A DNA stretch of 64,000 nucleotides, taken from positions 199,330,001-199,394,000 of the forward strand of contig OZ024740.1 in the NCBI GenBank assembly GCA_964016885.1, read 5' to 3'. Positions 15,569-29,962 of the stretch are shown here, piece by piece; position 1 is the first letter of the stretch, and every line of letters starts with the position of its first letter. A program made the translations under genes and the position numbers. The stretch is from Eledone cirrhosa (taxonomy: Eukaryota). Under the pieces are notes generated by a model that saw only the letters and a program-made list of their open reading frames with translations, was not told the origin of the DNA and did not search any database.

Positions 15569-16459
15569 TCACCTTTCTAGGTTTTGTTTGTTCATATTCT
15601 TGACTAATAGAAGTGTATCGTCGCGGTATATTCCGCCATGGAGGCCCGTAAATTCGCTCTGGAGTCTGTGGGCTATATAGATCCCAACCAGATCCGTGAC
15701 CTCCGCCGAATCATTAGAACCCATCGTAATGTCGAATTCCGAGGGTCTATCTCTGCGGACCCAATAACTATTTTCAAAATGCACTACTGTGCGTCTAGCT
15801 TCAAGTATAATATTAATTTCCTCGTTTGTGAGGTCCGAGTTAGTCTTAGCGAATGAGAGGGCCTTATGCAGGGTTTCGAGTGAAATAGAGGAATAGTATT
15901 CATCTATAGCGAATTGAATAAAAGAAGATTTGTTTTTGTCACTAATGTTATTTAACCATCTTATTGCCTGTTGAGTATTACCCCATAATTTAATATCGAC
16001 CTTAGCCTTAACTTGTGGGATAATACGATCTAATATGTACTTACTGATTCTACCTATATCGGAATTTGAAGGACATATTAATCTAATTTTAGGGTTAGTA
16101 TCGAAGTTATCCTTATAGTCCTTCAGATTAAAAGTCGGTGTAGCTGAAGATAGGGGTACCGTTCTGTCGTCGATTTTCAGTTTCTTAACAATATCACATG
16201 CTGCGTTATTAATGTTGGTTAGTGTAGTTGCGTTTGTTTTTTTGAACTTCCTATGTAATTCCTTACGTATGAAATTATTATATGTTTCTATATCCAGGGT
16301 GTATAGATTCGATGTTTTGTCGGCCTTTATGATAATTCCTTTGGTATTTCTTAGGTTGTCGAGTAGAGTTTTAATATCTCGTTGCAGTTCGTTTTTCCTT
16401 CCGGTGGTAAATTTGATTCCGGTTATCATTTTCATTAAGTCCTGCTCGAAATAATCCAA
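15569..16459 (-). pseudogene. PLE reverse transcriptase segment
   Basis: 296-aa ORF with ADKT, RLI and YRDD motifs; continues after a frameshift into 15158-15502. Confidence 0.9.
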
Positions 16460-16883
16460 AAGAGGGTTAGTGGGTGGGTTTTTGTAGGATTTGAAACTAA
16501 ACTTATCGTTGTTGGTGTCGGAAGTTTGTGTAATCCTTTTTCCTATCGAAGTGGAAGGCCATCCATCTAATCCGCCGAATAAATTCGTTGGTCCTTTGTA
16601 TCATACCAAGAATGTATTCTTTTTTACCCTCAATGGGTATGTTTTTTAAGGACATGCCACAATGATGTTTTTCCATTTCAGATACGTAGGTTGATAGGTT
16701 ACTCGACTGTAAAGGAGTGTGAAGAATTAGTAAATTTGTATTCCAATGTTACTAAGTAGTTGCATTGGATGAAGTCAACCGACGTCGGAGATTGCTCAAC
16801 GTATAATAAAGTGTGTTTTGAAATACGGAGAAAATATGGAGAAGAAGATTCTGAAACGGAAATGCGGGTATAAAGAATGTATT

Positions 16884-16999
16884 AGGTAACAATTGTTTCT
16901 ATAGTGTATGGGTTACCTATACCTCGCTATTTGAATAATATAAAATATTATCATAAACCGAAGGTACACTGTAAGCAAACACACCATGTCGTCAGACCT
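16884..16999 (-). ncRNA. Hammerhead in the 5' pseudo-LTR with 89-nt stem II
   Basis: aggt-CTGACGA-catggtgtgt...atacactata-GAAA-caattg-TT-acct; stem I aggt/acct, palindromic stem III acaattgt. Confidence 0.75.
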
Positions 17000-17741
17000 T
17001 TGTATTGGAATGATATGAAAATATTTTATACACTAGATAAAAGAGAAAGAAGGAGGTAGGAAGAGAAGGGGAAGAGGGAAGCGAGTAAGGGGGAGGGAGT
17101 CCTAGAATTTAAGACTGTCAGACTAGTAGAGATTGTAAGGAGAGAATGTTTTGGCAGCAGTTAGCTTAATGAGGCGTGTTAGGGTTGGTGGGGGAAGTAA
17201 ATTCTTCTAGTGGTGTTGTTTGTACAAAATTTAGTTAAAGGGGTCAAAGTGGTACAGAGTTACAGACAAGTTATTGGGGCTATTATAGTAGCAGGTTATT
17301 TCTAAAGGGGTCCAGAAAACAGTGTTTAGTACTATTATTATAGAAAGCCATATCCTGTGTATAAACATATAAAACAGAAATTTGCAAACGGTGGTGTAAA
17401 AAGGTAACATTATATGCATTTAAAAAAAGAAAAAGTCGTTTTCAAATGATGGTTACAGTACAGTGAACGTTCAATTTTGCTGTTCAAAAGTTTGTTTACC
17501 GGCGTTAAAATGTAGTATATCTCCATATTGCATAATTTACAGAATCGATGATTTTATATTATGCAGGCGCAGCAGCAATAATTTGCCAATCAAGGGAGAA
17601 TGCTTGATTGTTCCTCCGGAGCTGCCAGGCTTTATCGGCGAGGGTTGTTACGGAGCGCATTTTCTCGTGCCTGAACGAAGATCGATGTTGGTATAGGCGA
17701 AATCAAAGACGAAATCAAAAGATGGTTAAAAGAGTTCCATA

Positions 17742-17811
17742 TATTTTATTATGCGCATTTCGAATACAAAATCATCCTGGGACAATAATTGTGTACTCAT
17801 CAGATAAAATA
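17742..17811 (-). ncRNA. Type I hammerhead at the 3' end of the next PLE
   Basis: tattttat-CTGATGA-gtacacaattatt..gatgattttgtattc-GAAA-tgcgca-TA-ataaaata; stem I 8 bp, palindromic stem III. Confidence 0.8.
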
Positions 17812-18142
17812 AGGTGACATGATATGAGGCATAATAGCACTTGTTTACAGGAAAGTGCTAAGTCTACATATTACAGAAATATAAGTGTCAATACTATAGT
17901 AAGAAATAGATATGAAAATAGAAGAAAAGGAAAGAAGAGGAGGAAAAGGGAAAAAGAGAAGAAAGGAAAAAAAATGAACAAAAAAAGGAAGAGAGAGAGA
18001 GACTTTTGATCAGGAAAGCTGTCAAAATGAAAACAGCTGTAAATAACGGTTAAAGAGTAAATTGATGAGGTGTACGTGCGAATATTATAGACGATATTTA
18101 AATATTAGAGGTCTAAATATAGAAACTGGGTATATTATTTAT

Positions 18143-18328
18143 GTGAATTGGCAGTATTGGTAGAGGGTTGGATTATACTTTCCAGCATAGTTACGTCCCT
18201 TTTCGATCTGAGTTCAATTCCCTCCGAGGTTAACTCTGCCTTTCATCCTTACGGGGTGGATAAAATAAAGCACCAGTAATGTACTGGGATAATTGCTGGC
18301 CTTGTGCCAAAAAGTAGAAACAATTATT
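18143..18328 (+). mobile_element. tRNA-derived SINE copy
   Basis: Same head and core as 7005-7191. Confidence 0.88.
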
Positions 18329-20483
18329 TATATTGGGTTTAAATGCTAAAAATTGGATTAAGAAGTGTAAAAATGTATTAATAAAATAAAATAAAATAGA
18401 TTAAAATAAATATAAAGAAATGATTTTTATAGAATAAAATATCTATGTCAACATTAATAATTTCTAGTAAAAATCTATATATGTGGGGTATACTATTTAA
18501 TTTTTATTTGATATCAACAAGTAAATAAAGGAAATTGTTAGGATGATTTATAAACGTAGAAAAACATATGACGTCATAATTTGTTTACACAATCTACGAC
18601 GGTTTGAGCGAAAATCTGAGACTATAGAAAAAAGATCAAAGGCTTAATATATGATGAGAAAACCAAATTAATACATTGTAGAATATAATGAAAGATATGC
18701 AAAGATAACCGTGACCTCGTGGAATATGTTATAGGACATCAGCTATATACTTTGTGAAAGGTCTTGTAGGATTTATGATTACAAAGTCCAAATAAATCGG
18801 TTCTTCGATTTATTATTGTGTTGGAATTCTAGATAATGGTAAACTTTTCAACTAGGCATAAATTACAAACTCTAGATATGGAAGCATTGGAGTATAGAGA
18901 TGCGTTGTAGATTTTACGCCAAGAAATTTCGTAATTTATGCTTTTGTCTTTTAAGGACCAAATAAGTTCTGAGAGTGCGCTGCTGGTACTTTTGAGTGGA
19001 GATTTAAATGTAGAAGAATGATTATAGAATCTTGCTTTAAAGGAGGTAGAAGTAGAGCCAATGTAGGTATAGGTATTGGTAATAGTTACCACTTTACATT
19101 CGTATACTAGGTTTTTATCGAGACAGAAATTACTAAGAGGACAATTAATAGAGCAGTTGCATTTACGATTACAATTATTTACAGAGTTATTTGCAACATG
19201 CCCAGGGTTAATTATATTAGGAACTTGAGTGGTGGAATTAACTAAAGGAGGTGCTAAAGTTTCCAGATTACTATTTGATACATTGCTCAAAGTTACGTTT
19301 GACGTCGTATTTATACTTGTGTTATTTTGCCTAGAGTTTACATTGACGTCGAGCCTTATAGTGTTATTAGTATGGCTCTCATAGTTGGATGCATATGAGT
19401 TATTATTTAATATTTTAGAATTGTCTTGAGATAATTTTACAAAATTTCGAAGTAGTAGAATACGAAAATTTAATAGTACGCCTATTGAAAATCTGGCTAT
19501 ATATATGTGTGAAGGAGGGAAGCTGTTATGTAATGCCTTAACAAATAATTTAGGGATATTATTAATAACGGAAAGAGAGAAGGCAGCGTTGTGCCAAAGG
19601 ATATTTTTATATCTAGGTCTCCTACTTTTGTTAACAGTATGATTATTACTAGCTACATTATTATAAGCTCTGACAAGATTAAGTTCTTTAGTATACCTAA
19701 TTTTGTCTAAATATCCAGCCCTAGATAGCGCATTATTATAATAGTTGGCATTACCTTCGAAGATATCTTTATTAGAGGATACATTAGCAATTCTTTTTTC
19801 TACACTTTTGACTATAGCAGTTTTAACATTATTAGGGTGGTTAGATTTAAAGTTAACGTAATTTAAGTTCTCGTTATCCTTATGATATGGGTAATATAGG
19901 CCGGTATCTAGATTAAGGTATATATCAAGGAAATTTGCTAGGTTATCATTATTTTCAAATTCAATTTTTAAGTTAAGCTGCTTAAATAGATCAAGTATAT
20001 TTTTCTTAATTATATTAAAGTTTACATTGTTACAATTAGAGACAGTAAAGAGAGCAACATCACTATAAATCCCACCGCAAAGTTGGGTAATTGTGCGGTT
20101 TAAAGAATTCAAGATGAAAATTCCAACTAAGTCGGTCAGATTAGCCGAATCCGACGAACCCATGGTGATGTCGAAATTGTTGAAAATATCCACTCTTGTC
20201 CAATATTCATTCTTAAATTCCAAGATGGTTTTCCTAGCTGTGAGAATGTTGTTTATTTCTTCACTAGTAATGTCTGTATATTTTAAAGCATATGAGAGAG
20301 AGCCTTGTTTATGAGTGAAGGATAAATAGAAGAGTAATAGCTAGCGATGTCTAATTTTATTATATGTCTTCTTTATTATATATACTCCAGTTCTACCAAT
20401 TGTTGAGTGCTACTTATCTGATATATGCATAGTTTTATTGTTCTACAATATTACTCAGCATCTATATTATATATATATATATA

Positions 20484-23131
20484 CTAGCAGAAGTACCCGG
20501 CGTTGCCCGGGTGTAAGTCGATCTTCGCTCTGTTGTTAAAATGTGTGAAAGTTACTTCCCGCGCATCACAGGTGCAAAAACCTTCGGACCTCAAGGAAAA
20601 AAAACAGAGGTTAGTAGACGCAGGTGTGTAATTGAGAATAAATAATGGATCAAATGTAGGTTCACAGTGTACCGTTGAAATTGTTCTTTGCACGACTGAC
20701 GGAAGTCAAATTCACTTGAAATTGAATTTTCAGTTGATTTTTAAAGCAGGGTGAAAAGGTCGAATTTTTGACAGTTTTTTCTTTTTACAACTTTCGCGCT
20801 CACATGTGCAGAAGAAGAAATAAAAGGGACTTTATCTGAACCGCGGCATAATGGCGAGTCTTTTACGACAGTTTTCAAAAAATTCGAACGTTCCTGTAAA
20901 AGGTTTTCCCATGTGCAACTTTGCCTTGTTTTTTGCGCAAAGTCGAACCCCCGCTTCAGTTTTATTGATTTTTTACATGAATGCTTGACCTTTGAAGTAG
21001 ATTTGAGTAGCTAAAAACCTGTCCCGATAAATTTGCTATAGGTGAAAAAAGTTGATCAAAATTGTGTCTAGGGTTATTGCCCTTTGCAACAGCCTCAACG
21101 TGTCTTCAAGTATGGTTTGTTAATTTGTTGTGGAACTAAATCGACTTTCGTCAAATCGGACCGAGGAAACAATGTTTCCATTTGTCTTTCTAGCTGGTGT
21201 ACCCTGGTACACTCGGGGTTATAAGGCGCTGGATTTAAACGGGTCTGCGTTAAATTCCAGCAGGATGCTTTAACCGAAATAAATGAAGAACAAACGTTTC
21301 TTTTTTTGCTCCAATGTTGTGATATTGGTATTTTGAAAAAATAGTCCACAAACATCCATGGAGCATGTGTAACGCATGTATCAGGTTATGAGAAAGAGGG
21401 TTTTCGATTCTCCATTCATAAGATACCAAAAAATTGCACGCAAATAAACTGGGATTTTTAGGCACTGCCCGATTCTTAGCTGAAAGGTAAGAATAAAGTG
21501 GAATAATGTTTTGCGACATTGTCAAATATACAACCGTACAAAAACGAAGAATATAGCCATTGAAATCTAGGTAGACCAAAGAATTTGGTGGGGTTGAATA
21601 CAGAGGATTGTTTACCTTATGATTCGCGTCTAGCCTACAATGTGAAGTTAGATGATTGTAGTCGGTGTTGTATCAATAAAAAATAAAAGCATACGGAAGA
21701 CTGAACACTTACGAATTAAGTGAAAATCTCGTTGATATTCCTAACGGAGCAACATGTGCCGAAAAACCTGACGGACTGTTGTGTCAATATTGAAAGTGTA
21801 GACATTGCGAATCCTGACCTCTAAGATGTAATGGATAGGCCTTGGAGGTGAAGAAGAAGAATCGGTACAATTGCTTTGCTGAACACGTTGACCATTATTT
21901 TAAATGGACTTACGCATCATCATCATGCGGTTTTGTTGTTTATGGCCTAGAATGAGGGCCGGTAAAACGCGGCAGAAAAATAAGCCATGCTGATGATGTT
22001 TAGGGGCGTCGCAGGGAATAGATGCGGCGTTGTGAGTCAATTGTGAGGACAGTCGAAGGCACGCTGATCGCTTGAGAAGACAATATGCTACATAGGATGC
22101 AACTCGGCCATAATTGATAGAAAGGCATGTCAGGAGAAATGAAAGAGTTGCTATTCATCATTTGCGGCATGGTGAGGCATGACGATACAGTGGGACGACG
22201 GCGTGCAGAGAAGGGATAGGGGAGGGGTTGACGGTGGGAGTGATCAGTCTTGTTCAGGCATGGAAGTCTTGAGCTCTTCCGGCGTGTAGGCAATGGAAAT
22301 GGGCAGGGGTGGACGGTGGCAGGGATTCGGCATGTTGAGTCGTGGCAGTCCTTAGGGACCACGGATGGCAGGCAATGGAAAGGGCCGGGGAATTAATTGT
22401 GGCTTACAAGACAGATGGGCATGGTGTTGCACACCGATGCAGTGGGTCGACGGCGTGCAGTGAAGGGAGAGGGCAGGGGTTGACGTATGCCTCATTATGC
22501 TACTGTAGTGGGACCACAGGCTCGATGATCGCTTGAGAAGACTGGGCGCAATACATGATGATGCGCGGCGGTATAGTCTTGTTAGTCCTTATAAAAGAAA
22601 TGGAACAATCGGCATAAACGGTTTGCTGAATATGGGGAGCGTTAATTTAAAGAGACTTACGGATAATCCTGATAGATTGAACGGTTTTTGCATGGCGGGA
22701 GTCGCGGCAAATGGAAGCAAGAAGAATGGCGTTTTTCGGTTGCCGGATTTTCCCCACGTTGATTCACGCATCAAAATACATACCTACATCAAATTTCATT
22801 GGAATCGGACAAATTTCTTAAATATAGATGTTTGCCTCTGGTGATACAATTATCGATTTCTCAAAATTTTAATGTAGCCCACGTTTATCGCCTGATCAAG
22901 ATACACATTTGCCTCGAGTTTCATCGAAATCGGACGGTTTTTAAAAATATCGATGTTCGGCTTGTGTGGACCCGATTATCGAATTTTCGAAACTTTCCAG
23001 TAGCCTATTCCAATCTACGGATCGAGTTTCATATATGTGTCAAGTTTCATGAAAATCAGATGAACGGTGTAGCCAGCAAGTTCGGGACACCAAACAAACA
23101 AACAACGCCCAACTTCACTTTATATATAAGA
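20484..23131 (-). mobile_element. Non-autonomous Helitron
   Basis: Minus strand starts A|TCttatatataaag and ends with the hairpin acccgggcaacgccgggt followed by CTAG|T; no TSD; subterminal aaatttcat..aatcggac-type repeats at 22790-23070. Confidence 0.8.
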
Positions 23132-23800
23132 TATATATATGTGTGTGTGTGTGTATACATTTGTGTATGTATCATATCATCAAGTCTTTATTAACTCTAA
23201 AACTTTCATCTAAATTAAATATATTATATTCATACTCACTTATAACAACGTCATTTCCTCCCATAAATTGAATATCCGCATCGATTACATTTATTTCCAG
23301 GTTTCATTTCTAATACATATTTTATATTACATGAAGGATATTATGCTACCTAATATTTAATAACTACCACTAAGTACTGTCTCTTATTAAATATTTAATA
23401 AAACTATGTTAGCTCTGATAGAATTATTATTTCGTTCAACTGGAAATAATTCCCTATAATTTGTCTAATTTCGACGGGAAATCATTATATCTGTGGTTCT
23501 GTTTAATAAATGCCGAGAATGCAGGAACAAGATGTGAGAAAGTTATGCAACCGTGAGCGTTAATCAGATGACCAAATGACCGACAGCTGTATATGGATTG
23601 AGGATTTGCACAGACACAGAAACTCACAGGTGCCCACAGACACATACACGACGCACGCACTCAGTGGGAGACTGTAACTAACTGAAACATATATAACTAA
23701 ACGTTCATGTTTTCCAAAATTATAAATCGAGAAATGTATGTATCCTGGCACACTCTCTCTCTCTCTCTCACTCACACACAAACACACAAACACACACACA

Positions 23801-23898
<98 letters not shown>

Positions 23899-24003
23899 TA
23901 TTGAAGTTTCTGTTGAAAACAGAAAAAGTCATATGAGTGAAGAGTGCTCTATGTAAGTACCAGAGCAAAATTTTATGTATAAAACACAATACAATATAAT
24001 TAC

Positions 24004-24071
24004 CTCATTACCGGAGGTTTCCCGAATAAGGCGAATACGAAAGAAACGTCTTCATTCGTTCGTCGGACGAG
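24004..24071 (-). ncRNA. Type I hammerhead with U4C core change
   Basis: ctcgt-CCGACGA-acgaatgaag..ccttattcgg-GAAA-cctccgg-TA-atgag. Confidence 0.6.
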
Positions 24072-24823
24072 TCAATATAAAACATATCTAAATATTTGGA
24101 AAGTCTCCTCAAGAAAGGCAAAAAAAATTATATAAATATAGATAATACAATAGACATATAAAATATATACAAATTTTTTAAGAAATATAGTTAGGTGTGT
24201 TTATATGCATGTATATACACTCACAGGTGTACATATGTATGTATGTACAAATGTGTGTGTATAGTGAAAATGTGTGCGTAAATATATATACGAGGGCAAG
24301 TATATCTGTGTATCTATAACTACAGACACAGACATGATATGAGTGTCCGGTTGACAAGTATACAGAAAAACAGGCTATTAGATACATTATAAGAATATGA
24401 AGGCACGCGTATAAACACACACACACGCGCGTACACTTATATGCGGAAGAAAAAGAGGTAAGGGAGTGTAATAGTAAAAAGAATGTATCATTCTCGATAT
24501 ATTTATAAAAATGGAACAATAATTTAGAAAGAATTGCAAAGTAAACAAAAGAAAACAAACAAGGTACACACGTACATATACACATATATCTATAAGAAAC
24601 GTATATCTATAAAATATATATATATATATACACGCAAAACGTGCAGACAAAAGCTTATGCAATTATACATACACACACATGATGCACATATATATATACA
24701 TACACCTCGCCCCATGTATATCTAATCACGCGTACGTACGCGACTGTATACACAGACATACACACACATAAATATATACATACATATATACATACGCACA
24801 CTTACAAATCCATACATTCAGTA

Positions 24824-24863
<40 letters not shown>

Positions 24864-25429
24864 TACACTCACGCACGTTGACCCGCTTACATGCACACAC
24901 ATACAAATGAGAATGTAAAAAAACATAGATGTAAAAAACACAGATATAAAAACACACATACATACACATATATATATATATATACACGCACGCACGCGCA
25001 CATACGAAAGCGTTCGTGTACATATACAGAAAGTATACATAAAGTCGCCCAGACACATAGATACAGGGTGTAAAAACAGCCTTGTGAATAAGTGAGTACA
25101 AATATAAAAATAAAAATATAAAATTGGCTGCGAAATAGCAGAAAATATCTGAAGTGGAAAACGCAAGTGACTTGTGTAATCAGGTAGTGAAGAGAATAGG
25201 GAAGTAAAAAGTGGAAAGTGAAGATATTAGGTAAGTGAATTGGAGAATAAAGGGGGGGTGGGGTTAGTGGTGGATGTGAAGTAAAAATAAAATAAAAATA
25301 AATAAAAATAAAAATAAAAATAAAAATAAAAATAAAAATAAAAATAAAAATAAAAATAAAAATAAAAATAAAAATAAAAATAGAAATGAAATTAATAATA
25401 AGGTTAAAAATGAAAGTAAATCAGAAAAG

Positions 25430-25930
25430 GTAGTCTTAAAGAGAATAATAAGAGCTTATGGAGGATATGTATCTGAAAGTGTGTTAAGTTTATATGAGCT
25501 GGAAAGCAGGTGTGATTTCATGTGTGGGCAACTGGTGAAAATTTCTGTCTTTGTGATTAGGCAGGTCTTTGGTGATTTAAGGTTTTGCAAAATCCAATAT
25601 TTTTCATTTATGCAGAGCGTGCATTTTCTTGTTCATCTTGCATATTCTTTAGATTGGTTCAACATTGACCAATCTAATTTATATTGGATACCGTGGTCTT
25701 TCAAATCCTATATTCTGCTAGCCAGAGCTGTTGTAAATCTTTTTTTCTGGATGTCGAAAGGATGCGACGCGTTTTGAATTTGTCTTGCGTCATACCCACA
25801 TCTCGTTCACTGGTGGCTGGTTGGTTGTTGCTGATGGTAGTCACGTTTGCCGCATATACAATGTCTTTGGTGTTACATTTACCTTGTAATGGGCATTCAC
25901 TTTTGATTCTACAGTAGCAATTTTGATGTT
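25430..25930 (-). mobile_element. Degenerate PLE GIY-YIG fragment
   Basis: CRIKSECPLQGKCNTKDIVYAANV..VGMTQDKFKTR..CTLCINEKYWIL..KTEIFTSCPH. Confidence 0.8.
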
Positions 25931-25972
25931 CTCATACTGTGAAAGAATATACTATGTATGAAAGCATATACT

Positions 25973-26477
25973 ATTAAATAGAAAACATGAGTGGAACAGC
26001 AACATCACAACTTACAATTAAGGACAAAATGAAAACACACACGCACATAGAACAAACAACCAACCAGTAACATGTAAATAAACAAATAAATAAACGAATA
26101 TAAACACACACAGACACCCGGATGTAACACATGCGCAAACTAAGCACGCAACGCACAGACAAACACAATATGGCGTAGGACAGAACAAAGAAGAGGCACA
26201 AAAAACAAAGAAAAGAACCCCCAGTCACTGATAGAGGTCACAGAATGTATGACGAAAGAACTTTGACAATATATAAACAACCATCTGGTTGTGGAACCAA
26301 CCAACCAACCGGAAATTTATAAATTCCTAAACTTATAAATTTATTATAATAAATTAAAGTGAAAGCAACTGGTGCGTGTGTTTCTTATTGGCAACATGAC
26401 CCTCCCAAAGTATAACAATATCGGTTTCAACACACGTTTTCAGATAAAGAATCTTGCAAAACAAATTCAGAAACGAA

Positions 26478-26478
<1 letters not shown>
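25973..26478 (+). mobile_element. Naiad-like family B 3' fragment
   Basis: Near-identical to the reverse complement of 8647-9145; same 5' start (ttaaatagaaaacatgagtgg); ends in (TA)n. Confidence 0.78.
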
Positions 26479-26509
<31 letters not shown>

Positions 26510-26587
26510 GTATATATATATATAGTAATAATAATAAATTTGAAGACTAAAATCCAACATTTGCTTAAACTTTAATCTGTTATTTTA

Positions 26588-26683
<96 letters not shown>

Positions 26684-26959
26684 CAATCATAACAATATCG
26701 GTGGTATTTTATCGTTCTTGAAACCGCGATGGGGGCGACATCGTAAAACCTTCTACATGTGGGTTGCTTTCCTAGGAATCTATCCGTAGGGAAAGATGGT
26801 ATTGAAGTACTCTTATTTTAGATTTCTCTACTGAGAATCATATATGTATGGGCACCACTCATAGTCATTAATTTATTTTGCTCCTCCTGCATTTCATATC
26901 GCAAACGTTAACATTTAATAAACCTCAGCTTTTTAGAAATACATGCATTCATATAATTC

Positions 26960-27012
<53 letters not shown>

Positions 27013-28649
27013 GTGTGTCTGTGTGTGTGTGTATACATATATATATAAAATGCTGGTAATATTAAATATTAGATATTATCCAATTACAAGTATAAGAGTA
27101 GCTCAATGTAAAATAACATATATAATACAGAGCCGAAATATTTTATAAATAATAATCAAACAGTGTTTAAGAACATTTAATTACTAATGATCCTTTCATC
27201 CAAGCATAAGGCCAGAAACATCGGAGTATAGATCAAAAGTTAGAACACAGATAACTTTGTCAAACAACATTTTGTGGATGCCGCATATGGGAAGAAAGTA
27301 AAAATAATAGATAGTATCATTGATATAAGAGAGGAAAGCAAGAAGCCCATGAAAAGCATGCTCATATAAATATAAATAAGAGCAGCTAGAAGCATTAAAA
27401 AACTTAAAAACAAGCTGGTATAAAGAAAAATGCTGCTATATGGAATTTAAGCATAATGCAAGGCTATCATATACTGACAAATTTACATACAACATAAGCA
27501 TTACAACAGTCTATTAAAGCTAGTGTATGGATCAAATATAAATTTAAGAATGCAAAAATACATCTTTAAGGTATATTTTTACTATATTTATAATAACAAG
27601 TTCCGCTCCTTCTTTCAGTCCTAAGTGTATATATAGATAATCTATTATACTTCAAATGTAATAATATCCGCTGGGTGCAGTCAGCAAAATAAACGTTAAA
27701 ATGTTAAAGTGTTGTTATTATCAATAGATGGTAAAACCAATCGAAATGATTAATATGAAGAAAATGACAGCAAATAAAAGTCCAATATATAATAGTTTCT
27801 TTCATCTGCAAAAGGTGCCACTTATAAGAATAGGATGGAGAAAGTCATATATTAATTATACACGACCCTATTTAACATAGAGATTTTTAAATTTATCAAA
27901 TAACGGTTGATGAAATGAAGAGGTGAAAGGGATTTATTTCCTAAATATTATTTTAAAGGAGATTTACAAATCATTAGATGTTTATTTAGTAAGTCAAGGT
28001 ATAATAATAACAGTAATAAATATTAGGGCTAATGATTATAGAACTAAAAAAGTTATTTTAAGGATTATTAATCATAATTTTAGAATAATATATTAAAACT
28101 AATAAAAATAAAAATAAATATAAATTATCGATGTATAGTAAAATGCAGTATATTATTTAATTTTAACAAAATATTTTATCAAAAGGTTTCTATCAAAAAG
28201 TTTCTATCAAAACATTTTATCAAAAAAAAATTTGAAACTCTTTAAAGAAACTTGGAAGGATAAAAGGAATAACAAATCACCTAACGTTAACAAACAAATA
28301 TTAATTAATTAATAATCTAATAACTTATCTACAACTTGAGGGTGGAAAAAACAAGATGTTAATGGCTAATATAATGATAAAATATTAATAAAAATAAAAA
28401 TACACTTAAAAATAAAAATGAATATGAAATCAGATCAGGTGGGCTTATTAAAGATAATAATTTAAATGTAATAAAATAAAATAAATTAAATAGTTGGCTA
28501 AATGTGATGGGGTGTTTGTAATAGATTGTAATCTAAGTGGAAGTGATCATAATAGGGATGTTATAAACATATAGTGATATTAATATTACTAAATAAATAC
28601 ATATACATCTGCATATACATAAGTCTACCTTGATATAAATTAGTTACTA

Positions 28650-29680
28650 GGTTTAAAAATAGTGAAAATAGTGATGAATGGTATATTTACAAGTGGAAAC
28701 GATCTCAGATTTCCTATTTAATAAATTTAATTTAGTGAAGATAATAGTATGGGATTCAAGAAGACAAAGGTGGCAGAATTTATTGAGGGTCTATAAGAAG
28801 CAGCTTGTGCGATCACATTCCAGGTTATCAAAAGTGATACGAAATTTGATAACGAGGTTGCATGTTTAAGCTTAGAATTCTTAAAAGCATAGAGATGGGA
28901 ATTATACCTCGTCTTGAAACTATTCGATGTAGAACCAAGATAGGTTTTGAGTTGGTAGAAGTTATGACAGTGCAGGAATAAATAATATTCTTAACAAGGC
29001 AGTTTCCATTAAGAGGGCATACATTATTGGGCCTACAATTACAATTATATCTATTGATTAAGCGGTCTTGAGGATAAAGGTGTAAAGGGGCATTAGTAAT
29101 ACGAGTGCTATAATTACTATTATCATTCCTATAAGTCCTAGATACTAATGTGTTATTGGATTTGTTTGTACAATTACTAGGCATAACATTGCTAATCCTA
29201 TCATCAGGTTGTGAATTACTATTTATATTACCTGAAGAAAAGTATTTACTAATTTTCTTATTATTACTACTCGCTATATGAATAGCAATGTTAGGTGTGG
29301 TAGAATAAGAGATTTTAATGGTATTCTTATTAATCAAACTGTGATATTTATGCTCAATTGTGAAATTTTGTTCCATAGTAGAGAAGAATACTCTAGAAAC
29401 ATTAACATTGAAGGGTGGATTAAAATATGAATTTAGCTTTTTACTATTATTTTTTCTTTTGTTACAAATGAGTGGGTTCATATGATTATAATCTTCTATT
29501 TTATATCTAGTATTACAGATATCAGGTTTAGTTAGTACACTATGCTTTTTATTCATTATATTTGTCTTATCTTTAAAATGTATTTTATTAGTTTTGGGAG
29601 GACCTGTAAATGGGTGCATATCATCATTTAAACCCCTGTTTGCCCCAATAGCACTACCACCATTTTCTGGATATTTATAA
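28650..29680 (-). mobile_element. Penelope-like fragment (linker plus GIY-YIG)
   Basis: YFNPPF, TIKISYSTTPNI, CNCRPNNVCPLNGNCLVKNIIYSC; downstream frame CHLCLLES..LNRKSEIVSTCK. Confidence 0.82.
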
Positions 29681-29704
29681 AGTATATATATATATATATA
29701 TAAA

Positions 29705-29749
<45 letters not shown>

Positions 29750-29808
29750 AGAGAGCGTGTGTGAGTGTGTGTGTGTGTATATGTGTGTGTGTGAGAGAGC
29801 GTGTGTGA

Positions 29809-29859
<51 letters not shown>

Positions 29860-29867
29860 GTGTGTGT

Positions 29868-29962
<95 letters not shown>

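Larger units (their letters stand above)
17710..20460 (-). mobile_element. 5'-truncated Penelope-like element (RT plus GIY-YIG), Nematis-like
   Basis: ORF 18829-20223: FDITMGSSDSA, GIYSDV, FLDIYLNL, ILWHNAAF, CNCSINCPLSNFCL..YIGSTSTSFKARFYNH, CNLCLVEK. The 3' boundary is inferred from the HHR position. Confidence 0.88.
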
